Source: Enoplolaimus lenunculus
Lineage: Eukaryota
Direction of reading: 5' to 3'
Assembly: GCA_030248215.1 (NCBI GenBank)
Contig: JASANG010002092.1
Location: forward strand, 248,001 to 312,000
DNA: 64,000 nt
Both the position numbers and the translations under genes were made by a program. The first letter of the stretch is position 1; each line of letters starts with the position of its first letter. Below the pieces are notes generated by a model. It ran no database searches. It had not been told where the DNA came from and was given only the letters and a program-made list of their open reading frames with translations. This document shows positions 37,384-50,800 of this stretch, piece by piece.

Positions 37384-40300
37384 CCGCAAATGGAAACCTT
37401 GTTTCGACAACGGTTGCATTGAAAATTGCCTAGTTCGTTGGAAGCGTATGCAATAAATTACACTATGTATTTTATTTAAAGTCCAAGCAAAGTACGTATG
37501 TACTGTTAATCTACAACTTTGAAAAAATGTTTCTATTAGCTTGGGTTCTCGCGTTCGTTAGCACTAGTCAACACGAAACAATATTGTCATAACGTAACGT
37601 GTATGTATTGTCAAAAGCGTAGCCAGGTGTACATTTAATGGTCAAACCTCTTTTGTTTTTTGTAGCCCATGGGTTTCAGGAACTTTTTCAGTTTTTAATT
37701 CGCTTTAAATGTTTTATATAAGGTGTGTACGCCAAACATTTGTCCAAAATCCTGGTTCCGCTCTTGATGTCTGTCGTGTTATGTTCTCTGTTTGTTATTA
37801 TTATTATTATTGTGTCGTTAATATTAATGTACACAGCATGCATTGCGTAAATGCGTTCCATATTGAACGAACAACTTAGCAAAATACGGCGCGTATTCGC
37901 AGGTTCGAAGTTATTGGCAATTATTCATTATAGTATTTGAATTTTGATTTTGTTTATATGTTAATTCTGTTTATGATGGTTAACATTAATGATATACACA
38001 TTATGCTACACAATATATAACATACTATCCATAATGTTGCAATGTCATGGAGCGTGCGCGTGTTACGATAGATGCGCTATTGTGTTCAGAAGCTGTGTCA
38101 GATCACAACTTGCTATTATAGAAATAAAGTGGAACAATTTAGCTGTCCCTCTGTTAATAATAATTGTACTGTTTGAAAAAATACATTATTATGAGTGTAG
38201 CAGAATACAGCGTGATAAAGATCAGCATTAACAAGTTTAGTGTTCAGTCTTTCGTGGTAAAACCACTACGCACTCATGGTTAACACGAAGAGGTTTTCGC
38301 CAGTTTGTGCTTATCCGTAAGGTTTTCGTGCTTATCGTACGGTGCCTTTAAAATAATCAGAAAGTATAGTTAACCTTAATATCCTGTTTGTATATATTTG
38401 GTAATCAAAACGCAGTGCTAGATTGAGCAATTGGTATTTGTTAAAAAAATTTATGTAATATATTTAACTTTCGCTGTCGTTTTTGTCTGAACTGGTGTTG
38501 TTTGTTTTTTGCTCATGCCATCACATTTAATTCTCCAGGTTTCCATTGATTGAAAGCCTGGTTGAATTGTTTTAGGTCAAGAATGAGAGCGTGAATTAAG
38601 CAAGCGATCAAAGTAAAAACTTCAAAACTACATACAAATTGTTTATGACAGGCAACCCCATGAATAACGTTCATTTTCAATTAAAGTTAGGCTCGCTGGC
38701 AGGCGACACAGTTGAATAGTTCTGTTAACGTGGTATTAAATTCATTGGTTCATATAAATACACATTATGTTTGATAGTCGTTGATTACGAGTAATATTCG
38801 ATAGAGTAATAGTCGACAGTTTTCGTCATTGTTCCAAACCAAACTGCAGATATAACGCGGTAAACGATGGATGGAGTCGACGCTGGATTTAACTAGAAAC
38901 ATATTTTAGTGCTGTACTTTTTTATAATTAGTCTTGAAAGTGACAAACGGTACTATTAAAATAGTGTTAATTTTTAACAGTTAAAAAAATATAGTGATTA
39001 CGCTGCAATTACCTGACATTGATAGATAGCTCTTAAGCGTTGTTATGGTGAAACAGCGTATTTTGCTGATCCGAACTTGACTTGTGCCTTTGCATGGAAT
39101 ATGTAATTTAAATGTATATATATATATGTGAAGATTTATAACAAAAAGTATTTATTTACAGAGATTTATGTATACACAATTTATTGCGTGTGCGTTTAGC
39201 AAGTCCACAGCTACGAGCCGAGCGTCAGGGTGTTACCGGAGTTTAACAAAACCGATGAAGGTTGATTTGCTGATCCGGAGGCTAATTTGTGGATGTAATC
39301 TGAATATTGTTTGAGTTTTCTGTTCAGTTTTAATGAACTGAAATGTATAGCTTTTAACTGCCGGTATTCAACTAGGTTTAATTTGCTGTGAATTTGTCTT
39401 TAAGTCAGCATACAAACAGTGTTTAAATTTGCTCGCTTTGTCTGTTTTGGTTTGCTTTGTTTGTTTTGTGTTTATATGTTTGCGACGTACCGCTTGTAAC
39501 GCATCTTATTCCATATACCTATATATGTGTGTCATAAACGCTAATTGATGTTCGGGCACGACAGCACAAACTAATAAAACTAGAATAAAATTTAACATAT
39601 TCAACCAATTATGGTCGCAACGAATCTGTTTTATTTTTTATATCCAATGACATTTAGTTTTCTTGTAGTTCTCCTTGTCCTCGTGTTCAGTAATTGACCT
39701 TTATGCCGCCGCCCAGTTGGCAAATGAAACTAACCGTTGTTCAAAACACAACATAATATTTATAAGTACTACCATATTTTGCAATGAAGCACTTTTGAAA
39801 TCACTTATTCAGATATAATTTTGTAAGAAAATTACAATACAGGGTACACCAAAGGTTTATTACAGTTGAGAAAATGGCATCGTTGTTGACAACAAAATTA
39901 CAAAATTTTCAAAACAATCCATATAATTATGTTTGTATGTAGCTGTAGAGACTGCATGCATACTTTTTGAGATCACGATTTCCGTGTATACATTACATGG
40001 TGATTATATCGGCACGTCAATCTGACAATAAAGTGTTTTTATTTATTTAGACGTTAGTTAAAGAGGCGAAAAAACGTAACTGTTATGCTGCCGATTTGTA
40101 TTTTTTTGCAATTTGTCTCATTGCTTTTTTGGGATTCTTATGCTGTTTTCCCAGGGATAAAACAGTTTTTATGCTTACATTATGTTACATGCTTTATATT
40201 TTGCTTTGAATGAACCAAATTTCACTTTTTTCAACCGTCTGCGTTAGAATACAGTTGTAATTGATTGAAACTTTTCGAACATGCTGCGCTGGAATACATT

Positions 40301-42400
40301 TGTAATCAGAGTGACAAGTGTGTAAGGATTTTTTACCCGACCCGCGCTGTACCTACGCAAATGGAAGTTTACTAGAAACAATTCATTTGACTGAAACCAT
40401 ATATATGGTCATCGCTGCTTAGCTCGAAAAAGCACTAAGCATGCAATCACAGGTAGAAAATACACTAGCCGGAAGTGAAACAAAATTCATTCAGCCGAAA
40501 TTATGTTAAACCTTTAACTCATAGAGTATACTATGAGCAACAACAATCCGAGCAACACAGACACTGTGACCAGTGTTTAACAATTCTAACATATATGCAC
40601 AGTGCAAAATCTCTGTAAGACATAAGAGCTCCTTCGGGCTCAAGCGTCAACCTGTTATAGCTGAGTGGTCATCGTAAACGCTTCCCACCCGAGATGCTGT
40701 GGATCGTTTCTTACCGTGAAATTACATCTCATATGAAATTGAAAATATTCATGGGTTAAAATTTTTGACTTGAAAATTAACCCAGTTTAAAACGAACTCA
40801 CTGAATAACACACGTTTGCGTAAACTGAATAATTTCAGTTGCCAAAACAAGGCGCAAAAACTTTTTAACCAAGATTTAGACTGGGGAAAGCCTACGCTAG
40901 AAGTATATATGGTTTCTAAGTCTATTCGCCTTAGGTACGATTTATCAGAAATAAAAGTCAATGTCGCTGCAGCGCCAATGGTCCTCATATTTTTCTTTCA
41001 ACGTAATCCCGTTTGGGCATTGAATTAAAATTCACACCATTATTCAGTTCAATGATTCAGTAGTTTTTAGTTCCGTGCTTTGACCTTTTTAAAAACATCG
41101 GTCGTATATACTCTCGAGGCAGCATGTAGCAAGGTGTCATTGGGCAAAGCTGCCGGAGCAGAGTCATTGGCCGGGTGCATGAATGTATTAAAAACTTCTC
41201 ATTTAAAACCACAAGCAAGCCCTAGGTTTTACTATATGAATTACGAATTTTCGAAGTTTTTTATATCTGGACGCTACAAAACATTTGTATAAAACAGTTG
41301 AATGAACAAAAAATTCCAGTTACTTAAGAACTTATATATTAATTACAACTTGTTTTAGACCACTGGACAAAACCACGAAAATATTTTTAGATGTGCGAAA
41401 AATAACATTTTGTATTTCTGACGGAATGTGAACCGTATTATGCATAGGAAATTGCGTTAACATATTATATATTTGAGCGGATGCAGGTATATATTTTTGT
41501 TGTATAACGTGTAAAGTTTTGCACCTTCTATGCGTGGTGTGTTCGTGTGCCTGTGTCTTCTCTCATAATTGCATTGTCATCGTCTCTTGTCTCGTTGGTA
41601 ATTAGTAGTTAACATGGTCTACGTGATGATTTGTTGACTTTGAAAGAAAAATTATATAAAACTAACCTAAAATGTACATATTTATTTTTTGGCTTGTTTC
41701 ACGCCTTTATTGCGTTATGCTTCAATATCGTTTATGCGCGTAAATGCTGTGTAACGTCCTTAATGTAATGTGTTCGTTTCACTACGTTATATATTTGTAA
41801 CGGTGGCTGTGGTATGCAGGCATATTGACCCAATAACTGCACACCTGCTGGTAGGTCGAATATTTTGTTTAAAAGTCGTGTTAAAAAACTGAAATTTAGC
41901 AGGATTTCAAATTTATCTCAAATTTTACGTGTTAGTACGAGCCAATTATGTTCGCTGTGTAAGACATATTGAACACAGTGTCCACTGTATCTTCAATGCT
42001 ATACAAAAATTCAGTCTTAGTAAATGTGCAGCTAGAGGTTTTTGGTTGTTTTGGCGAAGGTTGCCCCAATTTCCTGGTTTCTTATTTACGTTTAATTTTA
42101 AATTTATGGTATTCTAAGTTAAATTTTAGTACAAATTTTTTTAGTAAATTTAATATATATTTTTTAAGATTTTTGTTTCGTGTGAATATGTTTTACAATG
42201 TGTAGGCACTCTGCAAAACAGTAGTACGGGTCTAAATATTACAGTTTTTGTAGAAAGAAGCTAATATTCTAATTGTATGCGCTTATTAATACGATCCTTG
42301 TGTTGTCAAGTCCTGATCGTATTGTCAAGTGTGATGGTCAGTTAAATATAAATAAAATTTTATTGCGTAAGCGTCCGTGAAGCGCGAGCTGCTAGGCACC
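37384..42400 (+). other. probable long LARP4 3'UTR with alternative poly(A) signals
   Basis: Follows the stop codon; no coding signal; U-rich on + strand; AATAAA at 39573, 39584, 40027 and 42351; largely free of intact MITEs. The end is uncertain. Confidence 0.45.
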
Positions 42401-42891
42401 TTTGTTATTTTCTTTTAGCGTTGTTATGTTTAATCTTTCAAATTTAAAAATTTATGCCACTCAGAAATTTGTACTGCACTGTAAATTGTCATTGTCATAG
42501 AACATGCTGTATTTTATAACGCAGAAGTCGAGTCGCTTAATCATCTGTCAAAGTACAACCGGGGTTTTGCTTCTGGCTCCGGAAAAATTGTTGCCGAAAG
42601 TTCTGGTAATTTCGGTAGTGAAATTTACCTTTGTTTTCCAAAAATTGTGTCGTTCTGTGAGTTGTGTTTTAAACGGAAATGGGTAGTGGTAAAATCACGG
42701 AAACGGAGAACGGATATTGAAGTGCAAAAGTTTCAAAAATGTGTTATTTTTCAGTTGAAACAATTGAGACGTGGACGTATTAACCTAAGTATTCTTCAAA
42801 AATATTAAAAAATGGTGGATGCATCGAAATTTTTAAATTACTGCAACAGATTTCTATCGAATGTCACCCTTTCCTCGAACTGTATATACAT

Positions 42892-43619
42892 CAGGGTGCG
42901 ACCGGGTACCAAAAACTGACGGAGCCAGATAATCTAATATCCAGCTGGAGCCGGATAATGAATTCAAATTTAACACTAGATTGCATTTGAATATCAGAAC
43001 GTGGCTTGCAATTCTTTCTACTATGTTTTTGCAACGTTGCATGCAGTTGCAATATTCGTTTGCCCCATGTTCCTTTTAAGGGCATCCTGTATTCCGTAGG
43101 TACTATAAAACAGAGGTGGCTAGCAGGTTTCGGTTTCTTGAGTCTCGGTAGTTTGAAACAGACAGTAGAACACTAGAAGTCGAGGATTCAGCAAATGCTG
43201 GTAAACCGGTAAAAAGCAGAAGTTAATATTGTTGAAGCAAGAGATGCCTGATGAATAAAATTTAGCTGTGCATTTCGCCTCACCTCCGGCTCTGGCTTCT
43301 GTTCCGACGAGTTTCGTTGACCTCCGGTTCCGGTATTTTTCACCTCCGGTTGCACCATGCACTCATCATGTATATCTGGTTTTCCAGCGTTATAGTAAAC
43401 CCAATAGACATTTTGAACGAACACGGTCACATGCAAACATTTACTTTACATGTGTGATAGAAAAAATATGTCAAGTAAGTCAATCAGTTCGATGGTGGTT
43501 GGCATAAATACGAATGATGGTGTAAATTTTTTTGAAGTTTTTAAAAAATATCCTTTAAGTTAAAATACCGGAGCCGGATGTTGATTTTGTGCCGTGGCTG
43601 GATATCCGGTCGCACCCTG
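42892..43619. mobile_element. MITE family B copy
   Basis: TIR CAGGGTGCGACCGG / CCGGTCGCACCCTG (perfect 14 bp); contains further internal repeat fragments. Confidence 0.75.
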
Positions 43620-45026
43620 AATTTACAGGAGTCGTTTTACGTTCCAAGAAGTAATACAATTACGATAAAATTGTAAGTACAAACATCAGCCCATGTTACT
43701 TTTCAGTGGTGCCCCGCTTTCAGCGTCGGATCGAGAAATTTCTAATGGGGGCGGGCTATGGACCTTATCATTTTTTCAAAAACCTTCTGAAAAGGGTGCA
43801 ACCGGAATTCCGGTTCTGGTAGAGAAATCCGGTATTTGTCACTATCCGGTTCCGGTAACAAATCCGGTATTCTTTCACAGAATTTCCCGGTATTTTCGAT
43901 ATTGAAAATTTTCTCTCGAAAGTTTATAAAAATTGGCTTACTATTCTAACTTATTTTTCGAAAATTTTCTGAGCGTGTATTGCCAAGATTTTCAATTTAT
44001 GCCATACTCCGTAATTTATCGTATCTTTCCACCTAACTACATTTGTTTCAGGATTTTGGCATTGTAGCTGGCGTGTTTACACCATTAAAAGCAATAAAAT
44101 AGCGTTAAAAATGATTTTTTCGGTAACAAGTATTTTTGTTCTCCGGTTCCGGTATTTTTTAACTTTTCGGTTCCCCGATCTTTACATAGGCCAGATTATG
44201 TTTATAACACTGTCCCGGCCCCGTTCTTAAATATATTGGCCGCTTAGGCTTAGACTTAGGAATATGTTTATAATACTGTTCCTCCCCTGTTGTTTTACAT
44301 TGGCCATAATAACACAAGGCCCGCCGCGCCGCAGAACTGAGCTTATGACAGCATTCAACAATATTTAAGAAATGTTTTCAATATCATACTGAGAATTATA
44401 AAAACTTTCCTATTCGTAACTATGATTGGAAAAAGGACCAAAGTCAAACAGGTCTAAATTTTACAAACAATACATTTGCAAGAATTTTAGTTCAATATTC
44501 TGACTGAAGTTTATATAAATACAGATTTCTATAAAATAAAATAATATATTATCATTCCCTAAAGTTGCTTTACCTCCGACTTAAGCTAAAAACTTTGACA
44601 TCAATTTAAGATTAATCATACTCAGATTTCGATCCTAACTTAAGCTGAGATCTGAAATGTTACATATACTGTTATTATGGACAATGTTGAGATTCAATAA
44701 CTAGTTCAAACTACTTTGGTTGCATTTGTATTCTAGATAACTCGTGTGGTGAGATAATACAACGCTCCAGATATCTGGTTTCCATTACCTTTTAGAAAAA
44801 TGTTGTGAAACCTTTCACGGGAGTAAATGTAAAAAATTGTTGACCATACCAAGTGCAAAGTTTCAAGGTGTATGTAGGCCGGACACAGTTTAACAGGATG
44901 CAACCGCATGTGAAAAATACCGGAGCCAGAGGTCAACGAAACTTGCTGGAGCCGAAGGTGAGGCAAAATCAAGTAGTAAAATTGACGGTTAATTAAGTAA
45001 GTTAATTTTAGTCAATATCTGCAATA

Positions 45027-45643
45027 CTGTAGTGCCCCGAATAAGAGGGGGGACTGATATTTATTTGGTCTCTCCGGAGGAAACCCCTGTTATTCGGTTA
45101 CGGACTGTTATTTATTTGCAACCCGTCCTCCGTCACCCCTCATTAAGGGCCCACGTTACTTTAAGGGGCGTCTAAGTTTCTCGTGGGTCTATAAAAGAGT
45201 AGGTTTACATTCTAGATAACATTTTTTGCTTGGGCTTAAGCTTAGGCACTCATTTTTGCAACGCTAAGGCTTAGGCTTAGGCATACGCTTAAGCTACTGT
45301 TACGCCCCTTAAAGTAATGGCCCTGATATATATCCGGTACTGCAATTATCCGTTGAATTAAACGTTTATTTGTCTTGGATCAAAAGCTTGACCGATATGC
45401 AAGGTTATACTTCGGAATTATACTTTCAAAACTAAAGTACGCTTTAAAGTTTCGAACTCAACTTTATTTGGTCCTAGAGTTATTTATGCGCTAAAATTAG
45501 GGATAATTGACATTAAAGGAATCTAATTAGGGTTTAGGGACTCTAGCCGCTTACGAACTCGTATTAGGCATACGGACTCATATTGATTGGGACTCAAAAT
45601 GGGGACCCCCTCTTATACCACCCTCTTATCCGGGTCGCTACAG
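45027..45643. mobile_element. Tc1/mariner(pogo)-like MITE
   Basis: TIR CTGTAGTGCCCCGAATAAGAGGG / CCCTCTTATCCGGGTCGCTACAG, flanked by TA on both sides. Confidence 0.8.
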
Positions 45644-46390
45644 TATGTTAAGTTGGTTGATTTTACGCTAATTATCTGCGATATTTCGGAAATTCTTTCC
45701 TAAAAATTGTGACAAAAGTAAAACGAAACGCGCTAAACGGATAATTTTGCAAGATTATGCAAAATTTTCCTACCGAAATTGCCGGAACTTTCGGCAAAAA
45801 TTCAACCGAAGTCGGAGCCCGATTTTCTGCCGGAGCCAGAGGCAGACCTCCGATTGTATATACCCTGGTATTTAACTAATTTCTGTGAAAAATTCCGGAG
45901 CCGGAGGTCAAAAATGCACCGGTGTTACGGTGTACCTAATTCCCCCTGGAAAAATTACACTAGTGTAATTTTTCTCCTGGAATTATTAGACCAGCCACGG
46001 CGCAAAGTCACGGCGTAATTTTCCCGTCTGCAATTTCCCCCCATGGAATAACACCAGCTACGGCGTAAATTTTCTCCCCCCGACAAATGACACTGGTTCA
46101 GTTTTTCCCTCTGGGCATTAGGTAAATATTGGCACCAGAATTCGACCGGATATTCGGTTCCGGTTTAAAATCCGGCAAAAACAGATATCCGTATCGGGTA
46201 TATACCTACCGCATATCTGCGATACTGGTTCCAAATATCATAAAACTGTTTTTGACACGTCGAAATACTAGATATTTTAGAGCGACTGTGATTCTGGGCA
46301 AGTCACGAGTAGCTCCAGCTCCGGTGCAAAATTCACTATCCAGCTCCGGTTCAAGCATCCGGCAAAATTAATATCCGGTCTATCCCTGAT

Positions 46391-46566
46391 CGTGGCCCAT
46401 GTAAAGATCAGGGGCGGAGAGTTTTTCTGTGGGACTAGAATAGAGTAAGCTTAAGCTTTAGACTATTTTTTGCTTGGCTTAGACTTCGGCTTAGGACTAT
46501 GCTTATTCATACGCTTAGAAATATGGTTGTAATACTGTTCCGCCCCTGTCCTTTACATTGGCCCTG
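46391..46566. mobile_element. MITE family D with internal TTAGGC-like repeats
   Basis: ~28-bp TIR (GGCCCATGTAAAGATCAGGGGCGGA / TCCGCCCCTGTCCTTTACATTGGCCCTG); related copies at 45145-45325 and ~44170-44305. Confidence 0.75.
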
Positions 46567-47672
46567 ATTGTCACGAAATTAAAATTTAACTCATTAAGCG
46601 GACTGTGTAATTTTTCCGAGAGGAAAAGTACGCCGGCGTAATTTTTCCCGGGGAAAAGTTACGCGGGAGGGGAATTACTCCGTAACACCGAAACCGAGGT
46701 GAGGCAAAATTAGGCAATTGAAATGACGTTTAATTTACTGACATTGCTGGTACCGCCAGCAGAAATTCTACCGAGCCGGCGGTTGATTTTATGCGTTGAA
46801 GAAAACCTCCGGTTGTACCCTATATCAAACGTATATGTAACTTTACTGATAAATAATACAACCATTAATATATAACGAAACGTAGTGTGTTTATGCGTCG
46901 CCGAGAACAAAAATAAGTAACGGAGATTTCACACGCTTTACCTTTTCTATGTGTGCACGGTGTAAAGTACAATTGCAACATTCAAAATAAATACCCAGAC
47001 TCGAATTTCGCAGAGACAAGACCTATGAAATGTAACACATAAAACTTTTAGTAAGATTCCCTAAAAATGTAGATTTTGTCTTTATATGCCTTCTACCGCT
47101 AGGGCCGGATTACAAAATCTCAGGGCTGCCAAATTATATTCGTAGACAAGGGACGTAGCCACGGTTTACAAAAGTGAGGGTCCAACGCCTAAGCAAAATA
47201 ATGCTGAGACTGAGATTACAAAACAATGGCGAAATCAGAAATTTCCGACGAGGGATACCTTATATTACACATTGCCTCCCCAAAAGTGACGCCTATGCTG
47301 TATGGTATATCGTCAAGTGAAAGCTTTTGCTAGTGCATGTAGCGAGTGATTTCTAACGTGTATGTATCAGCGAGTCACTGAAAAACTTGTACAAGTCTCT
47401 GAGAAAAGTAATCAAGGGAAAGGATCTAGCGACAGATGCCAGGCGCATTTTTGGCATACTCACGACGCCAATTTTTAAGTTTGCTTAGCTGTGATGGGAT
47501 CCATTTTGATCAATCTTTGTTGGGCCCCTAAAGACGACGCCTAAATTTAAAGTTTCGTTACGTTATCCGTTTTGTACCTTTGCACGAGCGGGAAGCCCTG
47601 ATATAGTATGTATAAAATATATTGAAACATTATTTGTAACGTTTTTTCTCAAAAACATTAGATAAAAACAAA

Positions 47673-47727
47673 TTTATTTACATGTACCTATGTACCTCCT
47701 AACTTTTAGCCTCGTTTATAATTTATT
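47673..47727 (-). promoter_or_regulatory. candidate WDTC1 poly(A) signals
   Basis: AATAAA on - strand at 47727-47722 and 47678-47673, 90-150 nt downstream of the stop codon. Confidence 0.4.
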
Positions 47728-47819
47728 TGACCTTAAAGTTTATCAAGGAAAAGCTGCAATTTATCATGATACAAGTTCATTATTTACACTTTTTGAACTG
47801 GATTTAAACGTTCTATGTA

Positions 47820-50800
47820 TTAGCTTTGTGTGCACTGAATAGCAGCAGGGCCTGACGGATGGTCAGGAGGCACACTTGGATCGGCAAGTCCGGTCAACCT
47901 GTATCCCATGTTCAAAAGCATAACTTCCAATGGATCTGAGTTCATGCGCTGCTGATTTGCTTTTGCCGCTGTATCCATATCTTCAACAGACCGTTGGTCT
48001 TGATAGCCCTATGGCGCAAAAAATAATAACAAACACCTTGCGCACAGTAAAAACGCCACAAAGGAAAACACCGCGTAACTACAAACACACACAAGTAACG
48101 GCATTCGAAAATTCATTCTTGTTGTTTTATAACATAACAGAACTTAAGCCTTAATCAAGCATATGAGCTTGGTCAAACAATCAAAAATTTATCAATGAAA
48201 ACCTACCTCGGGTTGCGGCGCCCACAAACGAACAATTGGATCGATACCAGAAGTTGCCAGGAGACAAACTGTTGGATGAGGTTGAAGGCAATTTACAATT
48301 GAGTCGTCGCCTTTCAAAATGCGAACAATGTTACATGTCAACTTATCCCAAACAAAAAACGAGCCGTCGTCAGATCCCGCAACCACATACTGACCATTAC
48401 TACAAAAATAACAATTCCATTAACCAGTAAACAAACGTGGAAATGTCGCTGCTAGTGCAATGCCATTTCACTGGTTGTTAAATAACCACCGCCGCCATAT
48501 CAATACGAAATGAATAAATATTACGACAAAATAATCAAACGACAATCTGATACTTATCCAGCTGCAAGTTTTAAATGCAAAAACTTGCACTGTTGCAAAT
48601 TACAGCTTCCAGTGCTCGATGCTAAAACATGCACGTATTAATAGGGCTCTTAAAGAAGGAAGTTTAAATAATAAGCCAGTTATTGCACCTTCCAAAAAAG
48701 TTTGCCTCTTTAATATCTGTTGTCGTGTTGCAATGGCCACAGAAACGCATTTCGTAGTCAGAAGCAGCAGCTTTCCACACCTTTTCTTCATATGATGGGC
48801 CGGGCCATTCTCGCTTTTTATTCAAATCTGCAACTAATATCGTAGCAACTGTACAAAACACATCGATGAAATCTTACTTTTGAAGAATTAATAACCTTAA
48901 GAGCCGTAATTTCGCTCGTAAGATTTTTCGCAACCTTCGCTCAAAGTGTTTAGCGCTCTGTAATATCAGCATTAACGTTTCACAACAAATCTCAAACTCA
49001 TTCTATGTTAAAAGTATTCTTCTTGTTCCCTCTGTAAATCTGACTTCCCCCTCTGCTAGTTCTTGTTTCCTGGCCTGTAAGTTTTCCGTTGTAAGCAAAC
49101 GTGCCGGTAATACCATTACGTTGGGAATCTTTAGCTGAAAACGTGCTGTTATTATTCGACTCTGTGTCTTCTCTGACGTCTTGGGTGGTCGCAGAAAAGA
49201 CCGGCGACGTTGATGTTGCAGACGATTGTGGCAGATGTCCGACACTTTTGCGCGATAGAATATTTTCATCCCAATCTTCGTCGCTGCTGTCGTCATCGGA
49301 AACGTCTGTAAAATTGCCATTCATCTATTGTCAACAAAATATCACATCTGCATCAGTATAGTAGCATTTACCTTTACGTTCTGCATTTTGATTTGACAAC
49401 TTCATATTGACAATTTAAATTTTTACAAACTCGTCGACCAAATCTTTGGTTCATTCCAGGTCCATTTGAAATACAGATCTTGATTTTAGCGGCGTTAACA
49501 CTAACAGCAATCGTTATATTAGAAATATTACGTTAAAATAACTCTGAAAAATGTATGTACATTTTCGACGTGTTTTTTTCGCTATTCTATACTTCACGCT
49601 TCGTTTGGCACTTTACAATTACATAGATAGATATCAATAAGAGAGATCCCAACGTGCTGATACAGTTTAGTCATAACTCTGACTCTTAAAACCAAAATTT
49701 AACACGACAAATCTTAATGGCTCTGGTGCTGAAACAAATTCAGTCGTAAAAGCGGCGGTTGACTGCCGTATTACAGTGCTTACTTGACTGCAACTTTTCA
49801 TTTGGCGTACATGTCGCAGAGTTCTTTGAGAAAATATTTTGAATTTCTCTGTCTAAATTTGAAAACGCTGTTGAGTGCGAATGATCAGGAAATTTCAGCT
49901 AAAATATAAAACAAATCAATACGAGTCTTCGCTTGGTCAGCCATGATATTATAGTAGCACAGAACGTTATACGATTACAGTGACAGAATTAGCATGTGGC
50001 AAAAATAAAAAACACCTACATGACTCGTGTTCCTTCTTTGGCCAATGCATATACCAGGGCCGTAACAGCAACATAAGCATATTGCTAAGCCGAAGCGTTA
50101 AAATAAACCTACACATAAGCATAAGAAGAATTAATCTAAAGCTCAAGCTTACTCTATTGCTGTCCCTCGAAAAAACAGTCCACGCCACCCCTGTTTTATA
50201 CGTCGGCCTTTTTTACGCTATATTTGTAAGCTTTGCCACTTCTGGTTCTGACACAAAAGGTAAGCAGGTTCCGACACTAGATTTTCCAATAGACATACCC
50301 ACTTAGTGAGCCAGTAAAGTTGAACAGGTTCTAAAGCTCACCTTGAATAGCTCTAAACAAATTGCGGCTTCTTTGTATATCTTCATCTCATACAAACATC
50401 GTGCCATACGGAAATGAGCTTTCAAATTGCCTCGATCCAAAAGAAGGGTTTCTTTGCAATCACGCAACGCAGCATAAACATCACCATTCCTGAGAATATT
50501 GTAAACCTAATCTGCAGAGAATAATGAAAATAACAGCAGTTTCATAACTGCTACGAAAATGGACCATCAATTCTGATATCTGCATGCTGCACTTATAACC
50601 AGTCATAGTGGGACTACATGTATTGAGCGAAGCTCGAACACGCGTAAGCAGTTAAGCTAATATGCAAATTAGTTATTATTTAACTATTCGAAATCCGTTT
50701 TGAAGGTTTGTAAACAATGTATTCAGATTCCTCGCACCCGAACCGTTGCGCAAACCCAAATAATTATTGAAATAATTTAAAAAGTCTTAATTTTGTCTTG

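Larger units (their letters stand above)
44894..46820. mobile_element. nested transposon cluster (family B copies interrupted by several MITEs)
   Basis: Family B 44894-45867 contains a TA-flanked element at 45027-45643, which contains a family D copy at 45145-45325. A second B-like copy (~45890-46820) contains a CGGTGTTACGG...CCGTAACACCG element at 45920-46690, which contains B (46136-46388) and D (46391-46566). Confidence 0.75.

Noticed and set aside
40650..40720. tRNA-like A/B-box sequence (TAGCTGAGTGGT...GGATCGTTTC)
   Set aside because: Too degenerate to fold as a cloverleaf; at most an old SINE remnant.
49372..49480. Possible additional WDTC1 exon ending G|gtaaat
   Set aside because: Compatible frames contain stops and there is no good acceptor; 49784 joins 49305 directly in phase.
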